A stretch of 64,000 nucleotides of DNA from an uncultured Gemmatimonadota bacterium (GTDB taxonomy: Bacteria > JAAXHH01), in contig OX638340.1 of the NCBI GenBank assembly GCA_951812955.1, forward strand, positions 192,001 through 256,000, read 5' to 3'. The notes under the pieces are model-generated. The model was not told the origin of the DNA. It did not search any database and worked only from the letters and a program-made list of their open reading frames with translations. The position numbers and the translations under genes are program-made. Below are positions 1-10,043 of this stretch, piece by piece (position 1 is the stretch's first letter; each line of letters opens with the position of its first letter).

Positions 1-1
1 G

Positions 2-676
2 GAGGAAGACACGACGGGACCACGTCTGTTCGGCCTGTGCGGCCACGTGAAGAAACCCGGCATCTACGAGTACGACTCCGACGTCACGCTGCGGGAGTTG
101 ATCTACGACGCAGGCGGCGGCATACGGGACGGCAATCGGCTCAAGGGAGTCATCCCCGGCGGGATCTCGGCGCCGATCCTGACGCCGGAGGAGATCGATA
201 CCACCATGGGCTTCGGCGCCCTGGGCAAGCTGGGTTCCATGGGCGGAACCGGCGGGATCATCGTGATGGACGAGACCACCAGCATGGTGGACGCCCTGCT
301 GAACGCCTCCTCTTTCGCCGCCCACGAGTCATGCGGCCAGTGCACGCCCTGCCGCGAAGGCGTGCCATGGATGAACGACATCCTCCGCCGGATCCACAAC
401 GGCCGGGGTCGCGACGAGGACCTTGACCTGCTGCTGGATATCTGCAAGCAGATCCATGGCCATACGGTGTGCGTTTTTGGCCAGGCGCCGGGGGTCTGGC
501 CCGTACGGACCATTCTCGTCAAGTACTGGCCGGAATTCAGAGCCTGCATCGAACGGAAAGAACGGGTCGTCCTGCCCGTGGAGGAATCGTACCTGCAGCC
601 CGACCAGTATGAACACATACCCCCCGTACCCGGCAATTTCCGTATGAAAACCAACGAAGCCGACGCGGCTGGATGA
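2..676 (+). CDS. nuoF: NADH-quinone oxidoreductase subunit F, C-terminal part (5' end truncated by window edge)
   Basis: Reading frame open from nt 2; LFGLCGHVKKPGIYEY and the ESCGQCTPCREG Fe-S cysteine motif typical of NuoF; directly followed by nuoG-N. Confidence 0.88.
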   Translation, partial: EEDTTGPRLFGLCGHVKKPGIYEYDSDVTLRELIYDAGGGIRDGNRLKGVIPGGISAPILTPEEIDTTMGFGALGKLGSMGGTGGIIVMDETTSMVDALLNASSFAAHESCGQCTPCREGVPWMNDILRRIHNGRGRDEDLDLLLDICKQIHGHTVCVFGQAPGVWPVRTILVKYWPEFRACIERKERVVLPVEESYLQPDQYEHIPPVPGNFRMKTNEADAAG

Positions 677-683
677 GTATCCC

Positions 684-2294
684 ATGGCAACCATTACCAT
701 AGATGATCGGCAGTATACCGTCGAAGAAGGCCGCAACCTGATCGACGCGGCGGCGGACCTGGACATCGACATCCCCCATTTCTGCTATCACCCGGGGCTG
801 GCGCCGGACGGCAACTGCCGCATGTGCCTCACCGAAATGGAGATACGGCCCGGACAGTTCGGCATCGTCACGTCGTGCACGATCCGGATCAAGGACGGGA
901 TGAACTTCCGGTTCAATTCGCCGGCAGTGCTGGACAACCGCAAGGGGATCATGGAGTTCCTGCTCATCAACCACCCCCTGGACTGTCCCTGGTGCGACCA
1001 GGCCGGGGAGTGCAAACTGCAGGACCATTCCTTCGACCACGGCCGGGGTCACAGCCGGTTCGTCGAGACCAAGCGCGTACCGCCGAAGAAGGACCTCGGA
1101 CCGCACATCACGCTTTACACGACGCGCTGCATACTGTGCCAGCGCTGCACCCGTTTCTGCGACGAGATCACGGGGACGTCCGAACTCGGCGTCGTACAAA
1201 TGGGGAGCAAGTCCGAGATCGCGACCTTCGAGGGCGTCCCCCTGGACAATAAGATGTCGGGGAACGTGGCGGACATCTGTCCCGTCGGCGCCCTGGTCAC
1301 CAAGGATTTCCTCTACAAGCCCCGTATATGGCATTACGACAAGGTAGACACCCTCTGCCCGGGATGCGCCACCGGGTGCAACACCACCCTGGAAGTCATG
1401 CACCAGAAGATCTACCGCACCCGTCCCCGGCACAACGAGGCCGTCAACGGGCACTGGATGTGCGACGAGGGCCGGTTCTGCTACCATGACTGGCAGGACG
1501 TGGACCGGCTGAAAGCGCCGCTGAAGCGGGTGGACGGCGAATTGCGACAGGTTACGTGGCCCGAGGCCCTGGACGCCGCCGTTAGCGGCATACAGGCCCT
1601 CCTGGCGGACGAAGGGGATTCCGCCATGGGCGTGATCGGGTCGTCCATGGCGACCAACGAGGAGAACTACCTGCTCGGATTACTGGGCGCCGGAGCCTTC
1701 GGGTCTTCGCGGACCGGCCTCATCCGCAAGCCCGGTGGGGAAGCGTGGACGTCGAAGAGCGGATTTCACATCGACGCGGACAAGACGCCAAACAGCCGGG
1801 GCGCCGGCGACATGCTGGGTGTCGACTCGCTGGACGTCATCCTGCAGGGAATCGAAGACGGAACGATACGGGGGCTATACGTACTGGGCGGCGATATCGG
1901 ACAGACGCTGTCGCAGGAGGTCGCGGAGGCCTTCCGCAGGCTCGAATTCCTGGTGGTGCACGACGTGCGCCGGTCCGACCTTGCCGAGCTGGCCGACGTG
2001 GTCTTCCCGGGGGCGGTTCCCTTCGAGAAGACTGGTACCATGACCAATGCGCAGGGGCGCGTGCAACGCCTGAACGCCGCCTTTCCCCAGCCCGGCGGAG
2101 CACGGGAGGACGGTGCGATCCTCCGGTATGTTGGACTGCGCATGGGCGTTGAAATGGGCGAAGCCGACCCTGCCCGGATCCTGGAGGAAATCGCCCGAAG
2201 CGTGGGTGGATACGCGGGTCTCACCTATGACCTGATCGGCGATCAGGGCGCCATGACGGGCGGCGAAGAGCCGTCCGAGGCCGCGGGAGGTTAG
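684..2294 (+). CDS. nuoG: NADH-quinone oxidoreductase subunit G (short 536-aa form)
   Basis: N-terminal 2Fe-2S ferredoxin motif CYHPGLAPDGNCRMC, HPLDCPWCDQAGEC and CILCQRCTRFC 4Fe-4S motifs; position between nuoF and nuoH. Confidence 0.9.
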   Translation: MATITIDDRQYTVEEGRNLIDAAADLDIDIPHFCYHPGLAPDGNCRMCLTEMEIRPGQFGIVTSCTIRIKDGMNFRFNSPAVLDNRKGIMEFLLINHPLDCPWCDQAGECKLQDHSFDHGRGHSRFVETKRVPPKKDLGPHITLYTTRCILCQRCTRFCDEITGTSELGVVQMGSKSEIATFEGVPLDNKMSGNVADICPVGALVTKDFLYKPRIWHYDKVDTLCPGCATGCNTTLEVMHQKIYRTRPRHNEAVNGHWMCDEGRFCYHDWQDVDRLKAPLKRVDGELRQVTWPEALDAAVSGIQALLADEGDSAMGVIGSSMATNEENYLLGLLGAGAFGSSRTGLIRKPGGEAWTSKSGFHIDADKTPNSRGAGDMLGVDSLDVILQGIEDGTIRGLYVLGGDIGQTLSQEVAEAFRRLEFLVVHDVRRSDLAELADVVFPGAVPFEKTGTMTNAQGRVQRLNAAFPQPGGAREDGAILRYVGLRMGVEMGEADPARILEEIARSVGGYAGLTYDLIGDQGAMTGGEEPSEAAGG

Positions 2295-2298
2295 TGGA

Positions 2299-3357
2299 TT
2301 GATCGTCGACCCCATGATCCTGGAAGGCGCAATCGCCCTGGTCAAAATCGGCATCCTGCTGGGGGTGGTGTTCACCACCGTCGCCTACCTCACCTTCATG
2401 GAACGCCGGGTAAGCGCAATGATCCAGGACCGGCTCGGTCCCAATCGAGTCGGACCTTTGGGGCTGCTGCAGCCGCTGGCCGACGGCATCAAGTTCATGT
2501 GGAAGGAAGAGTTCATCCCGGCGAGCGCTGATCGCACCCTCTTCGCCATCGCGCCGGCCCTGATCCTGGTACCGGCCCTGTTGATCTTTGCCGTCATTCC
2601 CGTGGGCGGCGAAGTGACCATACCGGCCTTCACCCTCTTCGGCCTGCAGATCCAGGAAATCACGACCTCGCTGCAGATCATCGATCTGAACGTAGGGATC
2701 CTGTACATCCTGGGCATGACCTCCATCGCCGTATACGGGATCGCCCTGGGCGGATGGAGCGCAAACAACAAGTTCACCCTGCTGGGCGGGATCCGGTCGT
2801 CGGCGCAGATGATCAGCTACGAACTTTCGCTGGGCCTCTCCATCGTCGGCATCCTGATGCTCACGGGGTCTCTCCAGATGAGCCGGATCGTCGACGCGCA
2901 GGGCACCTTTCTCGACTGGTTCATTTTCCGGCAGCCGCTGGCATTCCTGATCTTCGTCATCGCGGCATTTGCAGAGAACAACCGGTTGCCCTTCGACCTG
3001 GTCGAGTGCGAACAGGAACTCGTCGGGGGCTTCCATACGGAATACAGCAGCATGCGGTTCTCCATGTTCATGATCGCGGAGTACGCCAGCATGATCGCGG
3101 CTTCCGCCTTGATGGCGACCCTCTTCTTCGGGGGATGGCACATGCCCTTCGAAGATCTGGTCGGACCGGGCCTGGTGACCCTTTACCAGGTGGCCGGGTT
3201 CCTGGTCAAGACGGGATTCTTCCTCTTCCTCTATATCTGGGTGAGGTGGTCGCTGCCGCGATTCCGGTATGATCAGCTCATGGCGATCGGATGGAAGGTG
3301 CTGCTGCCGCTGGCCCTGTTGAACGTGGTATTTACCGGTATTTGGATGCTGGTCTGA
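2299..3357 (+). CDS. nuoH: NADH-quinone oxidoreductase subunit H
   Basis: Polytopic membrane protein, 352 aa, conserved NuoH-like segments (GLLQPLADGIKF, ELVGGFHTEYS); operon position. Confidence 0.9.
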   Translation: MIVDPMILEGAIALVKIGILLGVVFTTVAYLTFMERRVSAMIQDRLGPNRVGPLGLLQPLADGIKFMWKEEFIPASADRTLFAIAPALILVPALLIFAVIPVGGEVTIPAFTLFGLQIQEITTSLQIIDLNVGILYILGMTSIAVYGIALGGWSANNKFTLLGGIRSSAQMISYELSLGLSIVGILMLTGSLQMSRIVDAQGTFLDWFIFRQPLAFLIFVIAAFAENNRLPFDLVECEQELVGGFHTEYSSMRFSMFMIAEYASMIAASALMATLFFGGWHMPFEDLVGPGLVTLYQVAGFLVKTGFFLFLYIWVRWSLPRFRYDQLMAIGWKVLLPLALLNVVFTGIWMLV

Positions 3358-3366
3358 CTCGGGAGA

Positions 3367-3951
3367 GTGCAACCCATGGCAATCGTCGTTGAAGCACGCA
3401 AGATGACCCTGGCGGAACGGCTGTACCTGCCGGCGGTGATCAAGGGCATGCTCCTTACCCTGACCCACCTGTTCAAGAAAAAGGTCACGATGCAGTACCC
3501 TGAGGTGCAGAAGGTCCTGCCGCCCGGATACCGCGGCGCCCACCGGCTCAACAAGGATGAGCAGGACCGGATCAAGTGCGTGGCCTGTGAAATGTGCGCC
3601 GTGGCCTGCCCCGCCGATTGCATCACCATCGAAGGCACGGAAACCGAGTGGGACGACCGGGAAAAGATCCCGCGCACCTTCCAGATCGACATGCTCCGGT
3701 GCATTTTCTGCGGCATGTGCGTGGAGGCCTGCCCGGAGGACGCCATCGATATGACGGACAACATCGATCTCGTGGCCACGACACGGGAAGAAATGATCTG
3801 GGACCGGGATCGGCTGCTGAAGAACTACGACGACACCCGGAACCAGGAGGGCACGCTAGGCCAGGTCCTTCGAAAGAGCCGGAAGGCTTTTACGCGACCC
3901 AGGGGAGACCAGCTTCCAGCTCCGGGCGGTCCGGGCGGTCATACGCATTGA
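3367..3951 (+). CDS. nuoI: NADH-quinone oxidoreductase subunit I (2x[4Fe-4S] ferredoxin)
   Basis: Two CxxCxxCxxxCP motifs (CVACEMCAVACP, CIFCGMCVEACP); operon position. Confidence 0.9.
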   Translation: MQPMAIVVEARKMTLAERLYLPAVIKGMLLTLTHLFKKKVTMQYPEVQKVLPPGYRGAHRLNKDEQDRIKCVACEMCAVACPADCITIEGTETEWDDREKIPRTFQIDMLRCIFCGMCVEACPEDAIDMTDNIDLVATTREEMIWDRDRLLKNYDDTRNQEGTLGQVLRKSRKAFTRPRGDQLPAPGGPGGHTH

Positions 3952-3997
3952 CGCATTGACGGGCTGCGGATAGCCCCCTACGGTATTTACGGTATCT

Positions 3998-4513
3998 ATG
4001 GAACTCTACTTCTTCCTGTTTTTCGCCTTCGTGGCCGTCGCGAGCAGCGTGGCGATGATCCTGCAGCGCAACCCGATTTACTGCGTGCTCCTGCTGATCA
4101 TGGTCATGATCTCCATCGCCGGCCTGTACCTGATGCTGGATGCCCAGTTCGTCGCGATCATCCAGATCGTCGTTTATGCCGGGGCCATCATGGTGCTGTT
4201 CCTTTTCGTCATCATGCTGCTCAACCTGAGCCGCGAGGAGGGCGGAATGTTCCGGATTCAGAAACCGACGGCCGTCATCCTGGCCGTGCTCCTGTTCCTG
4301 CCTGTGGCGGCCATGGTGATGTCGTACCCGGGCGGAGGGACGGCTCCGCCGGTGGAAGGGAGCCAGGCGGGATTCGGCGAGGTGGAACAGATCGGAACGT
4401 TGCTGTTCACGAAATACCTGCTGCCCGTGGAGATCGCGGCCGTGCTCCTGTTGATCGCTATCGTGGGGGCCGTGGTGCTGACGCGCAAGGGCACCGTTGC
4501 CACCGGCGAATGA
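3998..4513 (+). CDS. nuoJ: NADH-quinone oxidoreductase subunit J
   Basis: 171-aa hydrophobic protein in the nuoI-nuoK position. Confidence 0.85.
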   Translation: MELYFFLFFAFVAVASSVAMILQRNPIYCVLLLIMVMISIAGLYLMLDAQFVAIIQIVVYAGAIMVLFLFVIMLLNLSREEGGMFRIQKPTAVILAVLLFLPVAAMVMSYPGGGTAPPVEGSQAGFGEVEQIGTLLFTKYLLPVEIAAVLLLIAIVGAVVLTRKGTVATGE

Positions 4514-4542
4514 GAACCCGACATGCTGGAATCAAATAACCC

Positions 4543-4845
4543 ATGATCCCTGTCACTTATTACCTGATTCTCAGCGCGGTGCTTTTCCTGATCGGCACCA
4601 CCGGCGTGCTGATCCGTCGGAACGCGATCATCGTGCTGATGGGCATCGAGTTGATGCTCAACGGGGCCAACCTGTCGTTCGTGGCCTTCGCCCGGGAGTT
4701 TGGCATGGCCGACGGCCACATCTACGTTTTCCTCGTGATCACCGTGGCGGCCGCCGAGGTGGCGATCGGTCTTGCCCTGGTCATCCTGCTGTTCCGAAAC
4801 CGTGGAACGGTCAACATCGACGAGGTCCGATCCCTGCGCTGGTAA
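4543..4845 (+). CDS. nuoK: NADH-quinone oxidoreductase subunit K
   Basis: 100-aa three-helix membrane protein ([17 protein letters not shown]), operon position. Confidence 0.85.
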   Translation: MIPVTYYLILSAVLFLIGTTGVLIRRNAIIVLMGIELMLNGANLSFVAFAREFGMADGHIYVFLVITVAAAEVAIGLALVILLFRNRGTVNIDEVRSLRW

Positions 4846-4866
4846 CGGGAGCCTTCGAGTACAAAC

Positions 4867-6792
4867 ATGACCGAATCCTTCAGCTACGTCTGGCTGATCC
4901 CCTTCCTGCCCCTGCTGGGCGCATTCATCAACGTATTCTGCAACCGGAATCCCCGGGTGTCCGGAATGATCGCCTGCGCCGCGGTGGCCACGTCCTTCCT
5001 GCTCGTGCTGGCCGTCTTCTTCCAGCTCATCGGGCTGCCGGCCGGGGAACGCAGCGTCGACGTGGTCGTCTATTCGTGGATAACGACCGGTACCTTCGCG
5101 GTGGACGTGGCCTTCCTGATCGATCCGCTTTCGACGGTCATGATGCTGGTGGTGACCGGCGTCGGACTGCTGATCCACGTCTATTCCATCGGATACATGG
5201 GCAAGGACACGTGCTGCGTCCGGTATTTCTCCTACCTGAACCTGTTCATGTTCGCCATGCTCATCCTCGTGATGGGCAACAACTTCCTCCTGATGTTCGT
5301 AGGCTGGGAGGGCGTCGGCCTCTGTTCCTACCTGCTGATCGGCTTCTGGTGCGAAAGGCAGTCCGCGGCCAACGCGGGCATGAAGGCCTTCGTGGTGAAC
5401 CGCGTCGGTGATTTCGCCTTCATCCTCGGCCTGCTCCTGATTTTCCTCTATGCCGGTTCGCTGACCTACGCCGACGTGTTCGCGGTAGACCCGAACGTAC
5501 TCGCCCCGGTCATCACTGCGATCACCCTGCTGCTCTTCATCGGGGCCATGGGCAAGTCCGCCCAGGTCCCCCTCCACGTCTGGCTTCCGGACGCCATGGA
5601 AGGCCCCACGCCGGTCAGCGCGCTGATTCACGCGGCCACCATGGTAACCGCTGGGGTGTACATGGTGGCCCGTTGCCACGCGCTCTTCGCGCAGTCAGCC
5701 ACGGCCATGACCGCCGTGGCCGTAGTCGGCGCGTTCACGGCCATTTTCGCCGCGTATATCGCCATGACCCAGTACGACATCAAACGCGTCCTCGCCTATT
5801 CCACCGTGAGCCAGCTGGGATACATGTTCCTGGCATGCGGTGTCGGTTATTTCACCGCGGGCATCTTCCACCTGGTCACCCACGCGTTTTTCAAGGCCCT
5901 GCTGTTCATGGGCGCGGGCAGCGTCATTCACGCCCTGGAACACGCCCTGGAAAAGGGCAAGGATCCACAGGACCTCCGCAACATGGGCGGGCTCAGCAGT
6001 CTGATGCCGGTAACCTATAAGTCCATGCTGCTGGCCACCCTGGCCATCGCGGGGATCGCGCCTTTCGCCGGATTCTTCAGCAAGGACCTGATCCTGCTGG
6101 GCGCCTTCGTCAACGCCCCCGTGCTGTGGGTAGTGGCCCTGGCCACCGCGGTAATGACCGCATTCTACATGTTCAGGCTGCTGTTCATGACCTTCGGCGG
6201 CAAGACCCGGATGAACCCGCCGGAGACGGAGAAGGTACACGAATCGTCCCGGGTCATTACCATACCTCTGGTCCTGCTGGCCATTCTTTCCACCGTGGGT
6301 GGTTTCATCGGTATTCCCCATGTTTTCGCGAAGGGCATGGACCGGTTCGGCGGATTCCTGGCTCCGGTGTTCTCCGGACTTCCGGAAGCGCCGGTTCCTT
6401 CTTCGAGCGTTGAACTGGCCCTGATGGTCCTGACTCTGCTGCTGGCCGCGGCCGGCATCTGGGGCGCCTACACGGTCTACATCCGGGGCAATACGGTTTT
6501 CGACCGCCTGGTTCCCCGCGCGCTGTATACGCTCTCGCTGAGGAAGTTCTACGTGGACGAGGTCTACGACGCCCTGATCGTCGGGCCGATCAGGAAGATT
6601 GCCTGGGGATTCTCACGCATCGTGGACGCCCTGATCATCGACGGCGGCCTGACCCTGGCCGCGCTCACGGTGCGCAGCGTGGGGAACGTGATCCGGTACT
6701 CGCAAACGGGTGTCGTTCAGCATTACGCGCTGATCATGGTCATCGGCGCACTGGTGGTAATCGTCTACGTCACCGGTTACCTGGGACCCTAA
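4867..6792 (+). CDS. nuoL: NADH-quinone oxidoreductase subunit L
   Basis: 641-aa antiporter-like subunit with long C-terminal extension; WLPDAMEGPTPVSALIHAATMVTAGVY motif. Confidence 0.9.
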   Translation: MTESFSYVWLIPFLPLLGAFINVFCNRNPRVSGMIACAAVATSFLLVLAVFFQLIGLPAGERSVDVVVYSWITTGTFAVDVAFLIDPLSTVMMLVVTGVGLLIHVYSIGYMGKDTCCVRYFSYLNLFMFAMLILVMGNNFLLMFVGWEGVGLCSYLLIGFWCERQSAANAGMKAFVVNRVGDFAFILGLLLIFLYAGSLTYADVFAVDPNVLAPVITAITLLLFIGAMGKSAQVPLHVWLPDAMEGPTPVSALIHAATMVTAGVYMVARCHALFAQSATAMTAVAVVGAFTAIFAAYIAMTQYDIKRVLAYSTVSQLGYMFLACGVGYFTAGIFHLVTHAFFKALLFMGAGSVIHALEHALEKGKDPQDLRNMGGLSSLMPVTYKSMLLATLAIAGIAPFAGFFSKDLILLGAFVNAPVLWVVALATAVMTAFYMFRLLFMTFGGKTRMNPPETEKVHESSRVITIPLVLLAILSTVGGFIGIPHVFAKGMDRFGGFLAPVFSGLPEAPVPSSSVELALMVLTLLLAAAGIWGAYTVYIRGNTVFDRLVPRALYTLSLRKFYVDEVYDALIVGPIRKIAWGFSRIVDALIIDGGLTLAALTVRSVGNVIRYSQTGVVQHYALIMVIGALVVIVYVTGYLGP

Positions 6793-6807
6793 CCGAAGGA
6801 CTCGAAG

Positions 6808-8370
6808 GTGCCGTTCATGACCGATCTGCCCCTGCTTTCCCTCATCATCTGGCTGCCTGTACTCGGCGCGATTCTCCTCCTCTTCGTCAAGGGGGACGTG
6901 GCTGCCCGGTGGGTGGGATTCGGCGTCACGGCGCTGGTGTTCATCCTCTTCGCGGTCTGTTTCGGGGCTTTCAAGTCACACATCGGCGATCCGCAGTTCG
7001 TGGAACGGATACCCTGGATCGAGACCCTGGGCGTGTCCTATTACGTCGGTGCGGACGGCATAAGCATTCTCCTCGCCGGGATCACCGCGCTCATGTGGCC
7101 CCTGGCGCTGCTCGGCACCTGGACGATCGTCACCGTGCGCGTCCGGGCCTACCAGGTATTCATGCTGCTGATGCAAACCACGCTGATGGGCGTGTTCTTC
7201 TCCCTCGACCTGTTCCAGTTCTTCCTCTTCTGGGAAGGCATGCTGATCCCCATGTATTTCCTGATCGGAATCTGGGGTTACGAACGGAGCAGCATGGCGG
7301 CGCTGAAGTTCTTCCTGTTCGCCATATTCGGCAGTCTGCTCATGCTGGCCGCCGTCATCACGCTGGCCTTTCTCTATCACCAGGCCCACGGCGTCCTCAC
7401 CTTCGAGATGGCGGCGCTGTATCAGCTTGCCATCCCGCCGGAAGTACAGTTCTGGCTCGCTCTCGCCTTTATCGCCGCTTTCGCCGTGAAGGTGCCCATG
7501 GTCCCGTTCCATACGTGGCTGCCCGATGCCATCGTCCTCGCCGTCGTACTCGTCAAGATGGCGGCCTACGGGTTCATTCGCCTGACCCTTCCCATGTTTC
7601 CCGATGCCCTGGCCGAACTGGCGCCCCTGATGTGCGGGGCGGCGGCGGCCGGAATCGTCTACGGCGCACTGATCGCCCTGGCGCAGTCCGATATTCGAAG
7701 GATGATCGCCTATTCCACCATCAGTCACGCGGGGTTCGTCGTACTCGGCGTATTCGCCCTGAATCAGCACGGTATCCAGGGCGCGGTCGTCCACATCGTC
7801 AGCCTGGCGCTGTCTACCGGTGGACTGTTCCTCGCCGCGATGATGCTCGTGCAGCGTCGGAATACCTGGGACATGGAGGCATACGGCGGACTCTGGCACA
7901 CGATCCCCGTATTTTCCGCTTTTCTCCTCATATTCTCCCTGGCCTCCGTCGGCCTGCCGGGCCTGAGCAATTTCGTCGGGGAATTCCTCATCCTGGTCGG
8001 GGTTTTTCAACAGCATGCGGCGATCGCGGTGGTTGCCGCCACCGGAGTCATCCTGGCGGCCGTCTACATGCTCCGGATGTACAGGAAGGTCATCTTCGGT
8101 CCTTTGACCAGGGACGAGAACAGGGGGATCAAGGATCTCTCGTTCAGGGAGACGGCCGTCCTCGCCTGCATGACGCTTTTCATCATCGGGATCGGGGTGT
8201 ATCCCAATCCGGTTCTGCGGACCATGGAGGCCTCGGTACAGAAACTCCTGGTCCAGACCCACCGACTCGCGGAGACGGCTCCGGCGGGAACGTCCGGGAC
8301 ATCCACCGAAGCGGCGTCGCGGCCGGTCGGCCTGGACGCGACCCGGGGAATCAGCCAGGATAATCGATGA
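6808..8370 (+). CDS. nuoM: NADH-quinone oxidoreductase subunit M
   Basis: 520-aa antiporter-like subunit (FHTWLPDA), operon position. Confidence 0.9.
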   Translation: MPFMTDLPLLSLIIWLPVLGAILLLFVKGDVAARWVGFGVTALVFILFAVCFGAFKSHIGDPQFVERIPWIETLGVSYYVGADGISILLAGITALMWPLALLGTWTIVTVRVRAYQVFMLLMQTTLMGVFFSLDLFQFFLFWEGMLIPMYFLIGIWGYERSSMAALKFFLFAIFGSLLMLAAVITLAFLYHQAHGVLTFEMAALYQLAIPPEVQFWLALAFIAAFAVKVPMVPFHTWLPDAIVLAVVLVKMAAYGFIRLTLPMFPDALAELAPLMCGAAAAGIVYGALIALAQSDIRRMIAYSTISHAGFVVLGVFALNQHGIQGAVVHIVSLALSTGGLFLAAMMLVQRRNTWDMEAYGGLWHTIPVFSAFLLIFSLASVGLPGLSNFVGEFLILVGVFQQHAAIAVVAATGVILAAVYMLRMYRKVIFGPLTRDENRGIKDLSFRETAVLACMTLFIIGIGVYPNPVLRTMEASVQKLLVQTHRLAETAPAGTSGTSTEAASRPVGLDATRGISQDNR

Positions 8371-9833
8371 ATATGGTACTGCCCGAAATAAACCTCTATG
8401 CCGTGATGCCGCAGATCTTCCTCGTGTCCTCCGCGACCGTGGTCTTGATCGTCGGTCTATTCGAGAGATTTCGCAGGGCCATACCATACCTCAGCCTGGT
8501 GCTCCTGGCGATTTCGGGCGTGGTTGCGGTAAACCAGCTGGGACAGGATCCCATCGCCTTTTCGGATACATCGCCGATGATGGTGTCGGACGATTTCAGC
8601 CTGGTGGCCACCCTGATATTCATCGCCGGCGCCATGCTGACCGTGCTGATTTCCGTCTCCTACGCCGAAGCCAGGTCGATTGGCCGCGGCGAGTATTACG
8701 CGCTGCTGATCTACGCCGTATCGGGCATGAGCATGATGGCGGCGGGCACCGACCTGTTCTCCTTCTTCCTGGGTCTTGAAGTGCTCTCCATTTCGCTCTA
8801 CGTGCTGATCGGCTTCGAACAGCGTGAAGCCGGTTCGAACGAAGGCGCGTTGAAGTATTTCCTGCTGGGGGCCTTCGCCAGCGGCTTCATCCTCTACGGA
8901 ATGGCCCTGCTCTACGGCGCCAGCGGCAGCACGGAGTACGAAGTCATAGCGCACACCCTGGCCGGGGAACGGAGCGACGCGGTGAATCTCCTGCTGCTCG
9001 GCGGCCTGGGTCTGTTGCTGGTCGGCATCGGATTCAAGATTTCCATGGTCCCGTTCCACGCCTGGACGCCGGACGTGTACCAGGGCGCGCCCACGCCCGT
9101 CGCTGCCTTTCTGTCCACCGGATCCAAGGCGGCCGGCTTCGTGGTGTTAATCAGGTTGCTTGATTCGGTTTTTTCCGGCCTCCAGGTGGATTGGATTCCG
9201 CTGATCTCGGTGCTGGCGGTCCTTACGATTGCCGTCGGAAACGTAGTAGCACTGGTTCAGTCCAACCTCAAAAGACTGCTGGCCTACTCCAGCATCGCCC
9301 ACGCCGGGTACATGCTCCTGCCCTTCATGTCAAACAGCCAGGACGGCAGCGCGAGCATCATATTCTACCTGATCGTGTACACGGCGATGAACCTGGGCGC
9401 TTTCGGCGTGCTGGCCGTGCTCACAGCCCGCGGATCGACATGCGCGACCCTGGACGACCTGGCCGGCCTTGGGAGCCGCCATCCCCTCCTTGCCGCGATC
9501 ATGGCAGTGGTCATGTTCTCTCTGGCCGGCATACCGCCCACAGCCGGATTCATGGCGAAGTTCTACCTCTTCAGCGCGGTGGTGACCGGGGGATACATCG
9601 AACTGGCCGTGATCGGCCTGCTTTTCAGCGGGGTGTCTCTGTATTACTACCTCCGAATCGTGATCTGGATGTACATGCGCCCCGCGGCCCGGGAATCAGC
9701 CGACGCGACCGGCCGCCTGTCCTACAGCGGCATGACGGCGCTATGCGTCTCCGCCCTGGCCATCCTGGCAGTGGGCGTTTTCCCCTCCGGGTTGCTGCAG
9801 CTGGCCCAGCGGGCCGTAATGACGCTGCCGTAA
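8367..9833 (+). CDS. nuoN: NADH-quinone oxidoreductase subunit N
   Basis: 488-aa antiporter-like subunit (PFHAWTPDVYQGAPTPV); ATGA start/stop overlap with nuoM. Confidence 0.9.
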   Translation: MNMVLPEINLYAVMPQIFLVSSATVVLIVGLFERFRRAIPYLSLVLLAISGVVAVNQLGQDPIAFSDTSPMMVSDDFSLVATLIFIAGAMLTVLISVSYAEARSIGRGEYYALLIYAVSGMSMMAAGTDLFSFFLGLEVLSISLYVLIGFEQREAGSNEGALKYFLLGAFASGFILYGMALLYGASGSTEYEVIAHTLAGERSDAVNLLLLGGLGLLLVGIGFKISMVPFHAWTPDVYQGAPTPVAAFLSTGSKAAGFVVLIRLLDSVFSGLQVDWIPLISVLAVLTIAVGNVVALVQSNLKRLLAYSSIAHAGYMLLPFMSNSQDGSASIIFYLIVYTAMNLGAFGVLAVLTARGSTCATLDDLAGLGSRHPLLAAIMAVVMFSLAGIPPTAGFMAKFYLFSAVVTGGYIELAVIGLLFSGVSLYYYLRIVIWMYMRPAARESADATGRLSYSGMTALCVSALAILAVGVFPSGLLQLAQRAVMTLP

Positions 9834-9893
9834 CCACGGACCTGCCGCCAACTCCAACTACGCGCCCACACCGGCGAATTGGGTTGACTTCCG

Positions 9894-9922
9894 GTCGAAT
9901 TCACACCATATTTGCATGTATT
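9894..9922 (+). promoter_or_regulatory. Candidate sigma70-type promoter (TTGACT-N17-CATATT) upstream of ispB-like gene
   Basis: TTGACT at 9894-9899, 17-nt spacer, CATATT at 9917-9922 in the nuoN/ispB intergenic region. Confidence 0.4.
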
Positions 9923-10043
9923 TCAGCGTGCGTAACCGCACAGCAAATCGGGGGCATTCATAGACTTCAGGACAATCAGCGCGCCGGTTCAGGGGCATCT
10001 CGATCGATTTGAAAGCAAGATCAGGGAGATCTCCAGATCCGAC

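Noticed and set aside
4258-5679. 473-aa minus-strand ORF antisense to nuoJ/nuoK/nuoL
   Set aside because: Antisense to strongly supported complex I genes. Composition is biased (D/E/G/H/R-rich) with no recognisable domain. Same reasoning applies to the minus-strand ORFs 6976-8487, 11641-12792, 14811-16139, 15832-17031, 17748-18920, 18948-20492, 24791-26761, 26706-27434 and 63029-63883.
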